Assembly: GCA_030704615.1 (NCBI GenBank)
Contig: CM060732.1
Span: 58,962,001-59,026,000, forward strand
Source: Takakia lepidozioides
Taxonomy: Eukaryota; Plantae; Bryophyta
DNA length: 64,000 nucleotides
Reading direction: 5' to 3'
Position numbers and translations under genes: made by a program. Of this stretch, positions 40,237 through 52,143 are shown piece by piece; the stretch's first letter is position 1, and each line of letters opens with the position of its first letter. Below the pieces are notes generated by a model, which saw nothing but the letters and a program-made list of their open reading frames with translations, made no database searches and was not told the DNA's origin.

Positions 40237-40492
40237 TTTTGGAAATATGATTTACTAGTGCAAATAGGTCAGCAGCCAAACCAGGAATACTAGAGAGAGA
40301 GAGATTCATTAAGTCAGGCCCAAAGAAGCATGAGAGAGAGTGTGAGCTTGCAAAAGTTATAGACACAAAGAGCCTCATTTACTCCTCTGCTACAGTTGAA
40401 ACTATACCAAGTGACCAAGAATCTCAGGGCTGGTGCCCTTAGTGGAACAAACGAAACTTATTGGAGCTTCAACAAACTGTCGGGGGGGGTAC

Positions 40493-40688
40493 CTGCACTT
40501 GGTTTGGGTTGCGCACTTCAAATGATGCAGAGGCACTGAATGAAGTCGTAGCCAAGGGCCCCTTAAAAGAAACTGAATTCTGCACTGTCAAGGCCTGCGA
40601 GCCTATTGTCTATGAAATCTCACCAACTTTCACTTGAGGCAAGTTACCAGTAGCCAGCAATAGGAACAGCTCAGAAAACAATGTGTAC
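40493..40688 (-). pseudogene. Isolated plastid fibrillin (PAP_fibrillin) exon with a stop codon
   Basis: [64 protein letters not shown], bounded by AG/GT. Confidence 0.85.
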
Positions 40689-41551
40689 CTGCATAGCACC
40701 CCAACAGCTCATTGCGAGGTTATGAGAACTTAATACATGAGCTTCCAGTGATCAGAACATAATACAAATGTACCAGATTCCCGTCTCCAAAAGCTTTCCT
40801 CCATCTCCAAAAGGGTTTCCTCCCTTCTGTCTCCTCTCTGTCTAACAGATAAGTACATCCCTGCCAATTAGTGTAACAAATCTCTCCAGGACTTCAGCCA
40901 ATATTTTGTCCATATCGGTCCATTTCTTCAAAACAAGATCTGCCCCTAGCTTGAGCTGGATGTTAGTGCTTACTCTTGGGTCCAGTTTTACCAAGGTTTT
41001 GAGATGGATATTGTACGCAGCGATTCTCAAAACGACTGCAGTGGAGGATCTCAAAACTCACAAAACTGAATATGTGCATAATGTTTTTCTCAGATATTAA
41101 AAAACAAAAACAGGAAGTATGTTACTTACAAAGCAAAATCAGAGTTCGATGTTGCAGTCTTGCCCCCATCCAGGTTACCAGGCTCAGTCTTGTACTCCCT
41201 TTTCCCAACTGCAACCCCCAAAGCAACCCAGCAACCTCAAAATAAGAGGGAACAACCTTGAACACACTACTTCAGAAACCGAGTCCTCAAGTGAACAATG
41301 AGAACATTAGTGTTTTTTCCAGTGGAGAGGAAAATTCACTGTCATACCTAGATAGCCTCACCATAGAATTACTGGAGGTACGTGACCCACCCTATTCATT
41401 CCGATCTGTGGCAAACATTCTAGCTGCGAAGCTCTTATGGTGGGTGTAGGTATTCCAACCCTCGACCGTCCACACGAAGAAGAAACCAAAACAGCACAAA
41501 GTGAAATGCATGTGGCTCACCTCCCATCCTATCTATCATCCATCTACCAGG

Positions 41552-42036
41552 TCCGTTTAGGGCAATTGTTTTAATCAGGATTATCCCATATCGTTTGTAT
41601 TGTTTTTACTTGCTGCTATAAATACTGAAATAGGGCACAAGTTGGTATCTCTTGCGAGACATAAAAGTAAAACGCTCGGGGGAGGATGGGAGGTGAGCGA
41701 CCGTGCATGTTGTTTTTTGCTCTTAATTTCTGTTTTGTCCATGTACATTTGGATCAATTCCCTGTAAAACCACGATGCCACATTTAGTGAAAGGCGATTA
41801 CACCACCCCAGCGGTTTAGGTATTCGAACCCTCGTCCGTAGCGGTCCAAATACATGGAGAAAAAAAGAAAAACAGAAATTAGGAGCAAAAAAGAACATGC
41901 AGGGAAATGCATGTCGCTCGCCTCCCATCCTCCCCCGAGCCACCAACTTGTGCGCTATTTCAGAATTTATAGCAGCAAGTCAAAACGATGCAAACGATAT
42001 GGGATAATATTGACCAAAAGAATTGCCCTAAACTGG
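41552..42036. mobile_element. MITE/foldback element with ~200-bp imperfect inverted arms
   Basis: TTTAGGGCAATT...ATTATCCCATATCGTTTG...GCACAAGTTGGT is mirrored at 41942-42033; TSD not identified. Confidence 0.75.
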
Positions 42037-44052
42037 GTACTTGTGGCTTGGTTGTTCGAATAAGTAATTAAAATGACCGATCAGGATTATTGTGGCGAGT
42101 TATGGAAGCCACAAGGGGGCTGTCAAGGCCCTGCATTTCTGAAACACTGGGGGCTCTGGGGGCTCGGATATACATCGGTGGGAGAAAGAGAGATCAGGTC
42201 CGTGCAGGAATGGACAGTGAGGGTCAACAAGGCCCCACAGATCTGCTTGAACCATTCATGCAGGGACAACATCATTTTGTATGTTTTTATGTAGGAGATT
42301 GGAAGCAACCTCTGACTCCTTATATGTAGGCCCCCATGCTTGACAAAAACTGTGATGCTTTTGCTTTCTGTATGTTCTTCCCTAGCTTCCATGGGAAATT
42401 TGATAAGATTGAAGCATACTTGCAATTTGTGGAGTTGTTCGTCTTTTGAGAAGGCTGGGTAGTGTGCGAAGGAAGGATGCCTGCATGACCACCATCATAG
42501 TCTGGTGCATTGACGCAGGATCCTTACTACGCTTCCCTGCAACAATATGATAAGGGGAGCAGGCTGACTATTCAATGGAGCATCTCTGGATGTGCTTCCA
42601 CCATTCACCATCCACTTCTCCTCCTATGTCATCCTACAATGTGAATTTCTGGCTAGGGTTGCTCACCCTTTACAATTGTAGTCCAAGTACTTCGGCTATA
42701 AGAAGTATTGTCCTAAGCTCGAAGAGCTCATGCCCTGTCTAGAAGTGTGATGTTGATGGATGTGATCATGTGTGCGTGCAGCCTTTCAGAGGACAGGACA
42801 GGACAGCTTTGGGAAGGGTGTCACCAAGTAATTGATGAATGCTATGGATTGGATTCAGATGTGAACTAGAATGTAGAAAACTAGACTGTTTATAATGAAC
42901 ACTGAATGGGATGCCTTTCATGCTCAATATCATAATGATTCTTGTGTCAATCTTGAGCTTCAAAATTAATTAGTATGTGATCTGGAAGATAATGCCCATG
43001 GTCATTCTTCGAATAGATATGTGCCTCTGTCATGGTGCCATCAGCCACGTGATGCTGTTGTTTGTATAACCTGTCCTCAATGCATCTTCATTTCCTCCAT
43101 TTGCACTATATGGCAATGCACTAATGTCGAGCCACAACTCTGGTGACCATGGTTCTTTACAAGGTACAGCCTTCCAACATTGTGAGTTCAAAAGTGTGTT
43201 TGACAAACGAAAGCTTTAATGTCCAAACCAATTTTTGCAATTTGAGGGTTCATCTTGCTTCCAGGGTAAACTGTTGATAATTGCCCGGCCCTTTCAACTT
43301 GTGAAAGTTTTGAAAGATGGTTTCTCTATGTAATCAGGGATGAAAGTCTTACTTAAAATGACTTCTATCTAGAACTTCCCTCAACAGCAAAACCACTTTC
43401 TTCCTCAGCGGCTCTTCGATCAACAATGGGCATCTCGGTATCATGCACAGAGCGATTGAGAGAGCCGTCGCTATGTCCCTAGATATACTCTTTGGTATTG
43501 TGACACAAATCTGTACACAAATACTAGGATCTTAGTGGGCTGCATTGTAGGCAGCCCTTAATGCCTCGCCATTAGGATCTCTTGGTCATTCCTGGTGGCA
43601 CTTTTGAAGTTTCGGACTAACAGGGAAGGCGGGGTCCATAGTGGTAGCTAACATGCATGAACAAGTACACAGGCACCAAGGCGGGTGGTTATGATGATAT
43701 GAGAAATGCATTCAGATTACAAGCAAGACCCAATTTGGCTCATACCTTGCGAGGCTCTATGATGTCACACCAAACCATTTCTGCTTTCAGTCATGACCTG
43801 AAATAAGATTCTTCATACCTGCAGTTTTAAGTAGAATCAGAGAAGATGCTATTTTGGGCATAATAGGTAGAAGACTTGGCTCAATTGATGATCTAGAATA
43901 TTGGATGGCATATTCAAGATGATCTCTGGATATTCTTCTGAATCAACCCAACAAATAGTTCAACTTACTATAACTCCTCTATAATTGATCATATTCCAAA
44001 TTAATTACAGCAGAAGTAGATATATCTTTTCTACAGATCACACACAATCTCT

Positions 44053-44432
44053 ACCACCGAGCTCCTTCTTTCCCACCAAGCTGGCTCCTACCTTCATATA
44101 TGCCACCGAGGCTCCTTCTCTCTCATGATTCTCTCCCACCGAGGGCTCCTTCCATTATAGCACACTGTGTATATATACGCCATCGAGGCTCCTTCTCTCT
44201 CATCCTTCTCTCCCACCGAGGCTACTTCCTTCACATCACACTGTATATATATGCCCCTCCTCCCTCTCTCTAGCTCCTTCTCTCTCATGCTTCTCTCCCA
44301 ACGAGGCTCCTTCCATTACAGCACAGTACACTGTGTATATATACGCCACCGAGGCTCCTTCTCTCCCATCCTTCTCTCCCACCGAGGCTACTTCATGTGC
44401 ACTGTATATATATGCCCCTCCTCCCTCTCTCT
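44053..44432. repeat. Minisatellite (CCACCGAGGCTCCTTC units; ~165-bp higher-order duplication)
   Basis: Direct inspection. Confidence 0.85.
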
Positions 44433-44737
44433 CCGACATCTCTCTTAGCGCTTGCGGCCTCCATCAGTCTCGTCTCCTCTCCCTCTCTCTCATGGCAGTT
44501 TTTTTGCACTAAGCTTTGACCCTTAGGGAATTCCTTGAGCAGTAGTTGTTTTGTGCTGCTATTTTTGGCTCCGCTCTTTGGTTCTTGTTCCTTCTTGTTT
44601 CTTGCTTTCCTTTTGTTCCATAGGCTCTTTGAGCTTTCTGCAGAAGTTTCAAGCTCTATTTGTGGGGCCCCAAGTGTTGAGTGGCACCAGCTAGTTGGTG
44701 GAGCTGTGAGGTGGTGAGTAACTGCAGGATCAGGAGG

Positions 44738-44980
44738 ATGAGGAGGATGAGAGAGACGAAGGGAACCGTGAGTATGGGCCTGGTGGTACTGGTGGTGGGT
44801 CTGATGCTGCTAGTCATGGTCAACCATATGCAGGGTGTTGTTCCGTATAGCAACGAAGTGACCATTACCATCGTAAACAAGATCGCAGATGGGTTCATGA
44901 GCCAGCCCATGGAACCATATTCGCCTTAACCATTGTCGGATGTCTCAGTTAATTGCTATTTTGATCTGAGGATTTAACAG
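44738..44980 (+). pseudogene. Secreted S-protein-homologue (SPH)-like N-terminal fragment
   Basis: Signal-peptide-like GLVVLVVGLMLLVMV, then VTITIVN...VSVNC; in-frame stop. Confidence 0.4.
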
Positions 44981-45252
44981 TGTGTGAATCATGACATGAA
45001 GACTGTGTGGTGGTTGTACCCTCTCAGGAAATTGCTCGAGTGGTTTGGAAGTTGGTGCAGTAATAGTGGTCGAAACAACTTTATGCTCTTGATTATGATG
45101 TCAGTGCCAACCGTTCATCAACACCTAGTCCCTCCAACTACAATTTTCTTAGCAACAAATTACATTGAGTTTTCGTACTCTGGTGGATCTTGTAGTGGCA
45201 ATGGTGCCCTTTACACAATGAACAAGGCTCATCATTCACTTCTGCTGCAGGT

Positions 45253-45258
45253 CCCCCC

Positions 45259-45349
<91 letters not shown>
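45253..45349. repeat. (C)n(TC)n microsatellite
   Basis: Direct inspection. Confidence 0.95.
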
Positions 45350-45351
<2 letters not shown>

Positions 45352-45891
45352 ACTACTGCAATCAACGTCTTATAAGTACATTCTCTCTCTCTCTTTTGAC
45401 CGAGGGTGGGGAGTCTAACTTCGAACAAAAAAACAGATGCAGAGAGGAAAGGGAGATTGTTAATGTGCGGGCGGCCTTAAGACACTATCCATTTTCTGAC
45501 ACAATGTACAGGGTATTCTCATCAAAGAGTGACCGTCGTTAGGCTATATTCAAGAACATAGTCCCTGCACCTCCGTTCACCATCTTTCAAAATCTTGAGA
45601 CTGAGCCTAAAGCCCTGACTCTGTTGGGATCTAATTGTTGGGCAGATCACACACAGCAGATTGATGAGGGCATTCTAGAGTGGAAAGCTTGAACAAATTG
45701 TTCATATCAAGGTAAGTCCCACTACTGGAGTGAGCCCCTCACAAAGGTAGTGTCTGTTCCCTCTTGTTCCACCCAAACTGGGGCCACACGGCCACGGCAA
45801 AGGCCATCTTATGAGTACATTCTATGTTTTACCCGCTTCTACTGCCCTCCAATTTTTGTGTCATTTCTCTAACACAGTGGCATTCATTCAG

Positions 45892-46113
45892 GTGCTAGCA
45901 GAACAGCTGGATTGTGCCGAGGAGGAGATTGTGTGTGACACACAACCGAGCTGCATTGGGGGTGCTCGCAAAGAGTTCATTTTTTCGGTCAGGCTTGATA
46001 ATTTGCCATCATCCTTCGGTGCACCGCATGCCCTGTTAGATACTTGTGGGGATACTGAATCCTTGGCTGATGAGAGTTGCATCCGTGCAGTTGCCCTGTT
46101 TGATAAAAAGGAG
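45892..46113 (+). pseudogene. Isolated M18 aspartyl aminopeptidase exon, degenerate
   Basis: VLAEQLDC...CDTQPSCIGGARKEFIFSVRLDNL...IRAVALFDKKE (family consensus FDHEE), bounded by AG/GT. Confidence 0.85.
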
Positions 46114-47784
46114 GTAACTCCGGTCAAAACGTTAGAGCAAGCATATTTTTTTGAGTATATTCTCTCCTCAAGCCCTCTCTTGTTGCAAGAGAACTTCAAG
46201 AGAGATCGAATACTGCTTCTCGTTTGCTAACTGGCCATGGCCTTGGCAGTCATTGATATTATTGCATCATGTATATTAATCTTGAGATGTGCAGTGCAAG
46301 ATTGTGGGATCACCCCTCTGGATGGATTCCTCAGTAGTGCAAAAACGTTGGAAAAGAACAGGACCTGAATCATAAGTTACTTTGGTAGTAGTATCAAAAT
46401 ACACAACTTACATGGAATTCAGCTCTAGCAAACACATAATCCAATCATAGGGTGACATGGCTACCACTATGCATTTGCAACACAGTTGGAAATAATGTAT
46501 ACATTAGAGCTTCTCCTGTGCTACAGGTCCATCATGAAGAGCTATGTTGTAGGGAAGAGATTCTAACAATTAAGTGGGGAAGAGATCGGGTGCAGACCTA
46601 CAATGTAAGAGAAATGGTGATTCCCACAATTCAAAAGGTGTGAATGAAATCCTTTTTCCCACAATTCAAAATTTCCCTCTTTGGATGTGAGGTGTGAATA
46701 AAATCATTTTTCCCACAACTCAAAGTTTCCCTTTTGGATGTGGAGTGGGAAATTTTTTTGTTTTCCCCCTTTGGAATACACATGCTCCCCCTTGGACGTG
46801 AATATTATTTCTTTTACCACATACCCTGAGATTCTTAGGTATAGGTCCCTTGATCCACAAGGGAAAACGCTTCATTTTGCAATCCCCTCCATGAGGGAAC
46901 TCGTCATAGGCCCCTATTAGAATATACAACAAGCAGTGCCTGTACACACAATTCAGTATTTCAAATGGAATGGAAATTGAAATCCAAACCATCAAATGCT
47001 TCACAACCGTATCGGGGATTGTTAAATGAAATGGTTGATACTGTGGCTACAGACAGCTGTGGATACTGGTTGAGGCTCAAGGTGGCATGCCTCAACGTCC
47101 CCCATCAGCTGACTGGGACACAACACTCCAACTACTAATCTTCATTGACAATGAAAAGATACCATTCAGAAGCTTTCATGCATAGTAGTAGGACCTAGAT
47201 GACCCAGCCCCGGACCCAACACCGTCATGCGCACACGAATTCATATAGAAGAGGTTTAGACATTACCTTCCCATCTTATGTTGTTCACACAAATCCGGTT
47301 ATTTAAAAGACTTGTTGTGTTCACACTTGAAGGGTCCGCAGGTCCTAGTGACGAACTATTGAATCTTGGCTACAAGTGATATATACTGTATGTGCATTGA
47401 TATGGACTGCAACCCACTGTAGATGACTTCACAGACAATTGGGAATGCCATAAAATATGAACTTTATTAATGACCAGCAAAATGCAATCTTCAGCTGGCA
47501 TAATATATCACAATGTCATCCACTTCTGTGCACATAGCGATGAAATGAATCCACATGGCTACATGTTTCTACCTGTCTATCCAGACTTGCTAGTGATATC
47601 TATTTGAGAACTTTATTTTGAAAAGTTCGCCCCAAACTCCTCGGCGCCATTATCTGATTGAAAACAGTCATACAATATACAAAATCAAACTTCACTTGCA
47701 TGATAACTTTGAACCCTCATCAACAAGGCGCAATCAGCAAATGGACAAACCTGGTGTTAAGCGGCGAAGAAGAGTGAGGGCTGA

Positions 47785-48054
47785 TCAAGGATCCCAGCCT
47801 GTGTAGAATTCATATTGGTTTGTGACGACATACTGGGTCCAACGGAATCCTCCTTGACGGACCTCCCAAAAGCACTGTTCGCAAGCTAGTGCGTCGAAGT
47901 TGCTTAGCACCCCATTCCAGATGATGAATTGAGCCTTATGGTCCATCCAGGTGAAGCTACATGTCCACGATGCCACGTGATGCAAGTCTATCGGCGCAAA
48001 GGTCCACGAATATGTATTGTCGTAATGAATCACTTGCACCCCATGGGGATCAGG
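47785..48054 (-). pseudogene. S-protein homologue (Self-incomp_S1/SPH family), C-terminal part, 5'-truncated by family X copy 3
   Basis: YSWTF...WTCSFTW...F.IW...CEQCFWEVRQGGF...W. Confidence 0.75.
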
Positions 48055-50489
48055 CACATGTGCTCAAATTGGCTAATGTGTACATCGGGATCCCCTTTTC
48101 CTGAATATATTGGAAAAGGTGGTTTTGCTCGTGTTGGTTGTAACGCCATCTGTGGCCCTTCCTTCTGCCCACTGATAGGTGCTGGCACCCTTGCTGGTGC
48201 TGGTCCTTGAGGACCTGTTGTAGTTGTGGTGGATCTTCCACCAAGTGTTGGCCCCTGAGCACTCCCTGCACTGGCCCCACGATATTCACAGTATTCCCAG
48301 CTCCAGTTGCACTACTTCCCACACTCCCTGTCCCCCCAGAGCCAGATCCAGGCAGCCCGCCTGATCCCCCTGAGCTGACACCTTCGTTGGCCTGTGATCC
48401 AAGTGCTCCACTTGATCCAGGTCCAACGGGTTGGGATGTCCTGGTTGTAGTCTCAACCTCAGCTGTTGGGTCTACTTCTTCATACTCTTCCTCTTCCAAT
48501 TTCTTCTCTCTATTTTCATCCTCCAAGTTCTGCCCTTGGGTTTCTTCTTCACTCATGTAACTCAACTGCAATGGTGTTGGAGAGTCTGAACTCTCCGTTG
48601 GCTCTGCCACATCCTCTCCTCCTTCTTCACCCTCCGCTTCAGAAACTGGAGTTCCTGCTTTTGGTGTTCCATGCCAACTCTTATCAAAGATTTCTGTCAA
48701 ATCTTTTATCCAGGGATGTACCTCAGATCTTTCACCTCGTGATTGATCTTCTTCCCGTACCAATTCCCTTAATCTTTCTTGCAAAGAAAAAGAATGAGTG
48801 GCATCCAACTCTAGTTCTTCCAGTATGGGTGATGTACTCTCTGATCTTAATGGTGTGAGAGGTCCAGATGATTCCCCTATGTCTATTCCTCTCTCCCAAA
48901 GATATGGATAATTAGCTTTCAGATAGCTTTCTCTTTTTGCTGAATATCTCTGGAGTCTAGCTTCTCTTTCATCACTCATGTCCCATGTCTTTCATTTCTT
49001 TAATGAGGCAATAACCAAAACTCTCTTCTGTAATATCTCTCGTATATGCCTGGGTTTCGTTCAAGCTTCAATGCACCCTTGGCTATACTAGATGTCTCTG
49101 TTACCATATAACCATATGGCAAACAAGTCTGGAAAGCTGTTCTTGGTGTGAGTTTGATCCACAAAATATCCTTTGGAATCCAATTCTTTACCAGTACAAG
49201 CTCTTCATGCATATGAGTATAAACATTCACCTTTCTTTCCTCCTAGCCTTCAAACTCTACTCGCTTAATGGATAGCAATGCTATCACATAAACCAGTGTT
49301 GGTAACCAACGTGCTCTTCCTCTACAGGCCACCTGATAAATCTTTATCACTCCTTTCTCCAGACCCCATTCAGGGTCAGCATCATGCACTCTTTTAAGAA
49401 TGTTTTCTTTACAACCGTCTGGCAATTCCAAGAACCTCTGAAAGAATCGTTTGGACAATCTTTCCTTCTCAGTTTCACAGGGAATTTGATTCACATCAAA
49501 TTCTCTAATTCTCCATCCACCATGATCCCACCAGATGCCTGTCACATCTGGTTGTTCATGACCCAGTTCCCCAGTATGGTCGCCAAATGTCGAGCGGCTT
49601 TTACTCACCCATCCCTTCGCTATCCGAGGTGGGAACTCCAAGATAGAAGAGTTGGAAATCTCTAAGCACTCAGCCCGCTTAGAACAATCAGTCATGACCT
49701 ACAGCTAGTCTATCATGGGGGTGTTTCCTATTTGTACTCCTTCCCGCATTCATGTTAGCGAGTTACCTTACTATCTGCAATTGAGTATCAGTTTGCTTCA
49801 GAAATCTATCAAGTTCCATCCATTCATTCCACAGCTTCACTCAGGTCTCTCTACACAGTGTGAGTATGAAGTATGTATCAGATTAATATCTATCAAGTAT
49901 CAGGCTGAGGCCATGGTGTCTCTAATCTACTCTATATTACAATTCTACAGCTTGCATTCATCAAGTAACAACCGATCGTCACTTCTCCTACTCCGTGCTC
50001 TTCATCTTTCCACTCAGAGATGTGCTCTCCCTTCTATTTTCAAGCCCTGATGCCAGAAGTCTCCCCCCCCAGAAGTGATCCTCCAGATGTCCCCGCTCCT
50101 CGCTTTATCTACTTACAAGCCGTTCTAACCGCTTTCCTAACTAACCGTTATCCCTGTAGTACACGATCCTTTTTCAAATGTCGTTCCCCCACAGTCGTTC
50201 CCTGCCAATGGTAACTGTTTCCAAGTTGTGCCAAGCTGTGATTGGCTGTATCAGGCTGTGGCGGGCTGTGACTGGCTATGTCGGGCTGTGTAGGGCTGTG
50301 CGAAGCTGTGGCGGCTGTATCGGGCTGTGACTGGCTGTGTTGGGCTGTGTCGACTGTGCGAAGCTGTGACGGCTGTGTCGGACTGTGACGGGCTGTGTTG
50401 GCTGTGCGAAGCTGTGACGGCTGTGTTGGTTGTGACGGGCTGTGTTGGACTGTGAGGTATTAGTATTGTCATGGGATGTGGATTATACT
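48055..50489 (-). mobile_element. Family X copy 3 (CACAGC array, ORF0, 5' part of gag); its own terminal repeat is not visible
   Basis: Colinear with copies 1 and 2; 5' non-coding part more diverged. Confidence 0.9.
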
Positions 50490-51300
50490 TGTTAGAGGGC
50501 TGCTTGGGACTTAGACGCTTTTACGGGATCTTTGGGGTACCCTTAGTTTTTACACAGACTAAGACCAACATGAGCCTTAGGGGTGACAGCAACAGGCTTT
50601 AGGGGGGAGATACACAGCCCGACACAGTCCATCACACTGATGATCCTCAATAGGTCGATTGTTCGGAAGAACTTTAGTCCGAGTTGCCACTGGCAACCAA
50701 ATGCGCATGATCTGATAGTAATATGCCAACGACTGTGGAGGACTAAATTCCTTCTAAGCCAAATCCAGCACAATGGGAATTTGGTTGAAGGGCATAATCA
50801 TAGCCCGACTGTACTCCCGTGTAGCAGGAGTCCTAGGTGGGTTAAAAGCAGCATTCCCCCAAACCTCAGGCTGTGGCTTTGCCATAGTAGCAACAATGTC
50901 AGCCACCTGCACAGGCACCTGCTGTGGGGGCTGTGATAGTGCCACCACCGGCCCTTCTACCACGGGTAACTCCTGCACTTCCTGTGAAGAAGACTGAAAA
51001 ATCAAAGTTCTGGCATGCAAATAAGTAGCCAACAGCTGCTCATAAGGAATAAAGACTCTCTTGTTAATATTTGAACTCAGATTATCCACTTGAGTCTGTA
51101 GGCCTTCCACATCATCCTGTAACTCCGCTATCCTACTATAAACATCGTCTATAGTAGTTGTGGCAATGTTCTGCACCTGGAATCTGAGATCATTCATCTC
51201 TCCCTTAGTGAGCTTCCTTGGTGCTTTGCCTTCTACCGGCCCTTGTGCTAACCATACTTGCATAAGGTGATTATCCACCAAGTCCTGTGTGGCACCCCTG
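50490..51300 (-). mobile_element. Family X putative right (3') end: end of a coiled-coil-rich ORF running into the inverted terminal repeat
   Basis: 50490-50625 matches 25620-25755 (first 38 bp identical), but is followed by a minus-strand ORF (stop at 50754) rather than by ORF0/gag. Confidence 0.65.
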
Positions 51301-52143
51301 AGGAGGTTTACTATTTCATGAGCATAAACCATGAGCCATGAGCCATGAGCCGCATGAGCGGTGAGCCAAAGTCTAAGATACGCGGATTTCATGAGCGGAC
51401 TCCTCCAAATTTGGAAATGCGGCAGATTAAACAAGTATTAAAATAATAGTTTTTTATTTGACCTTGCCGTTTTTGGACGTTCCAGATCATGTAATGCGGC
51501 GAAGATATGTCGTCAGTAACAAGTCCGCTCATGGTTTTTTAGATCCGCTCATGGAAATAAGTGACCGTGCAACGGGAAATCCAGTATACCACTGCAAAAG
51601 GACGTCGCATACTGGCCTGTATAGAGTATTCCGCGGTTTTACATGCCTTAACATTGGAATGAAGCTGACCCTTTTGCCGCGATTGAACCAATAGAGTCTG
51701 CACCAATAGAGTCTGCAGTACTTCACAATTCTGTCTTCTTCGGGTATTCGGCGGGAAAGGTTTACAACTGAACTGGGAAATAAGGTGCCGCATTAGGGTT
51801 GGCACGTGCGAAATTTCGGAGCGGTTTGGTGTTGGCCAATGCCGCCTCTACTAGTACCTACGACGATACTTGGAAATGCGGCGCCGCATTTCTTTGTCGG
51901 AGGTCGAATGAGGAAAGCAAGTTTTCGGAAAGCAGAAAAACATGAACCCTCCAACATACAAAAATACATGCACGTGGAAACAAGTGAACGATATAGTAAT
52001 ATCTTAGTTCAAGCAAAACAGGTACTGGTAGGCAAGACATATGTCGGACCTTTCTGTGGCCAGAGTCTGAGGTACTGGCAGCAGTACAGTTCTACTATCC
52101 GAAAAGGATGGGCGTACCATTGTATTGGGACCGCAAGCCAAGC

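Noticed and set aside
42300-44000. Degraded transposase/LINE coding sequence
   Set aside because: No convincing motif in any frame.
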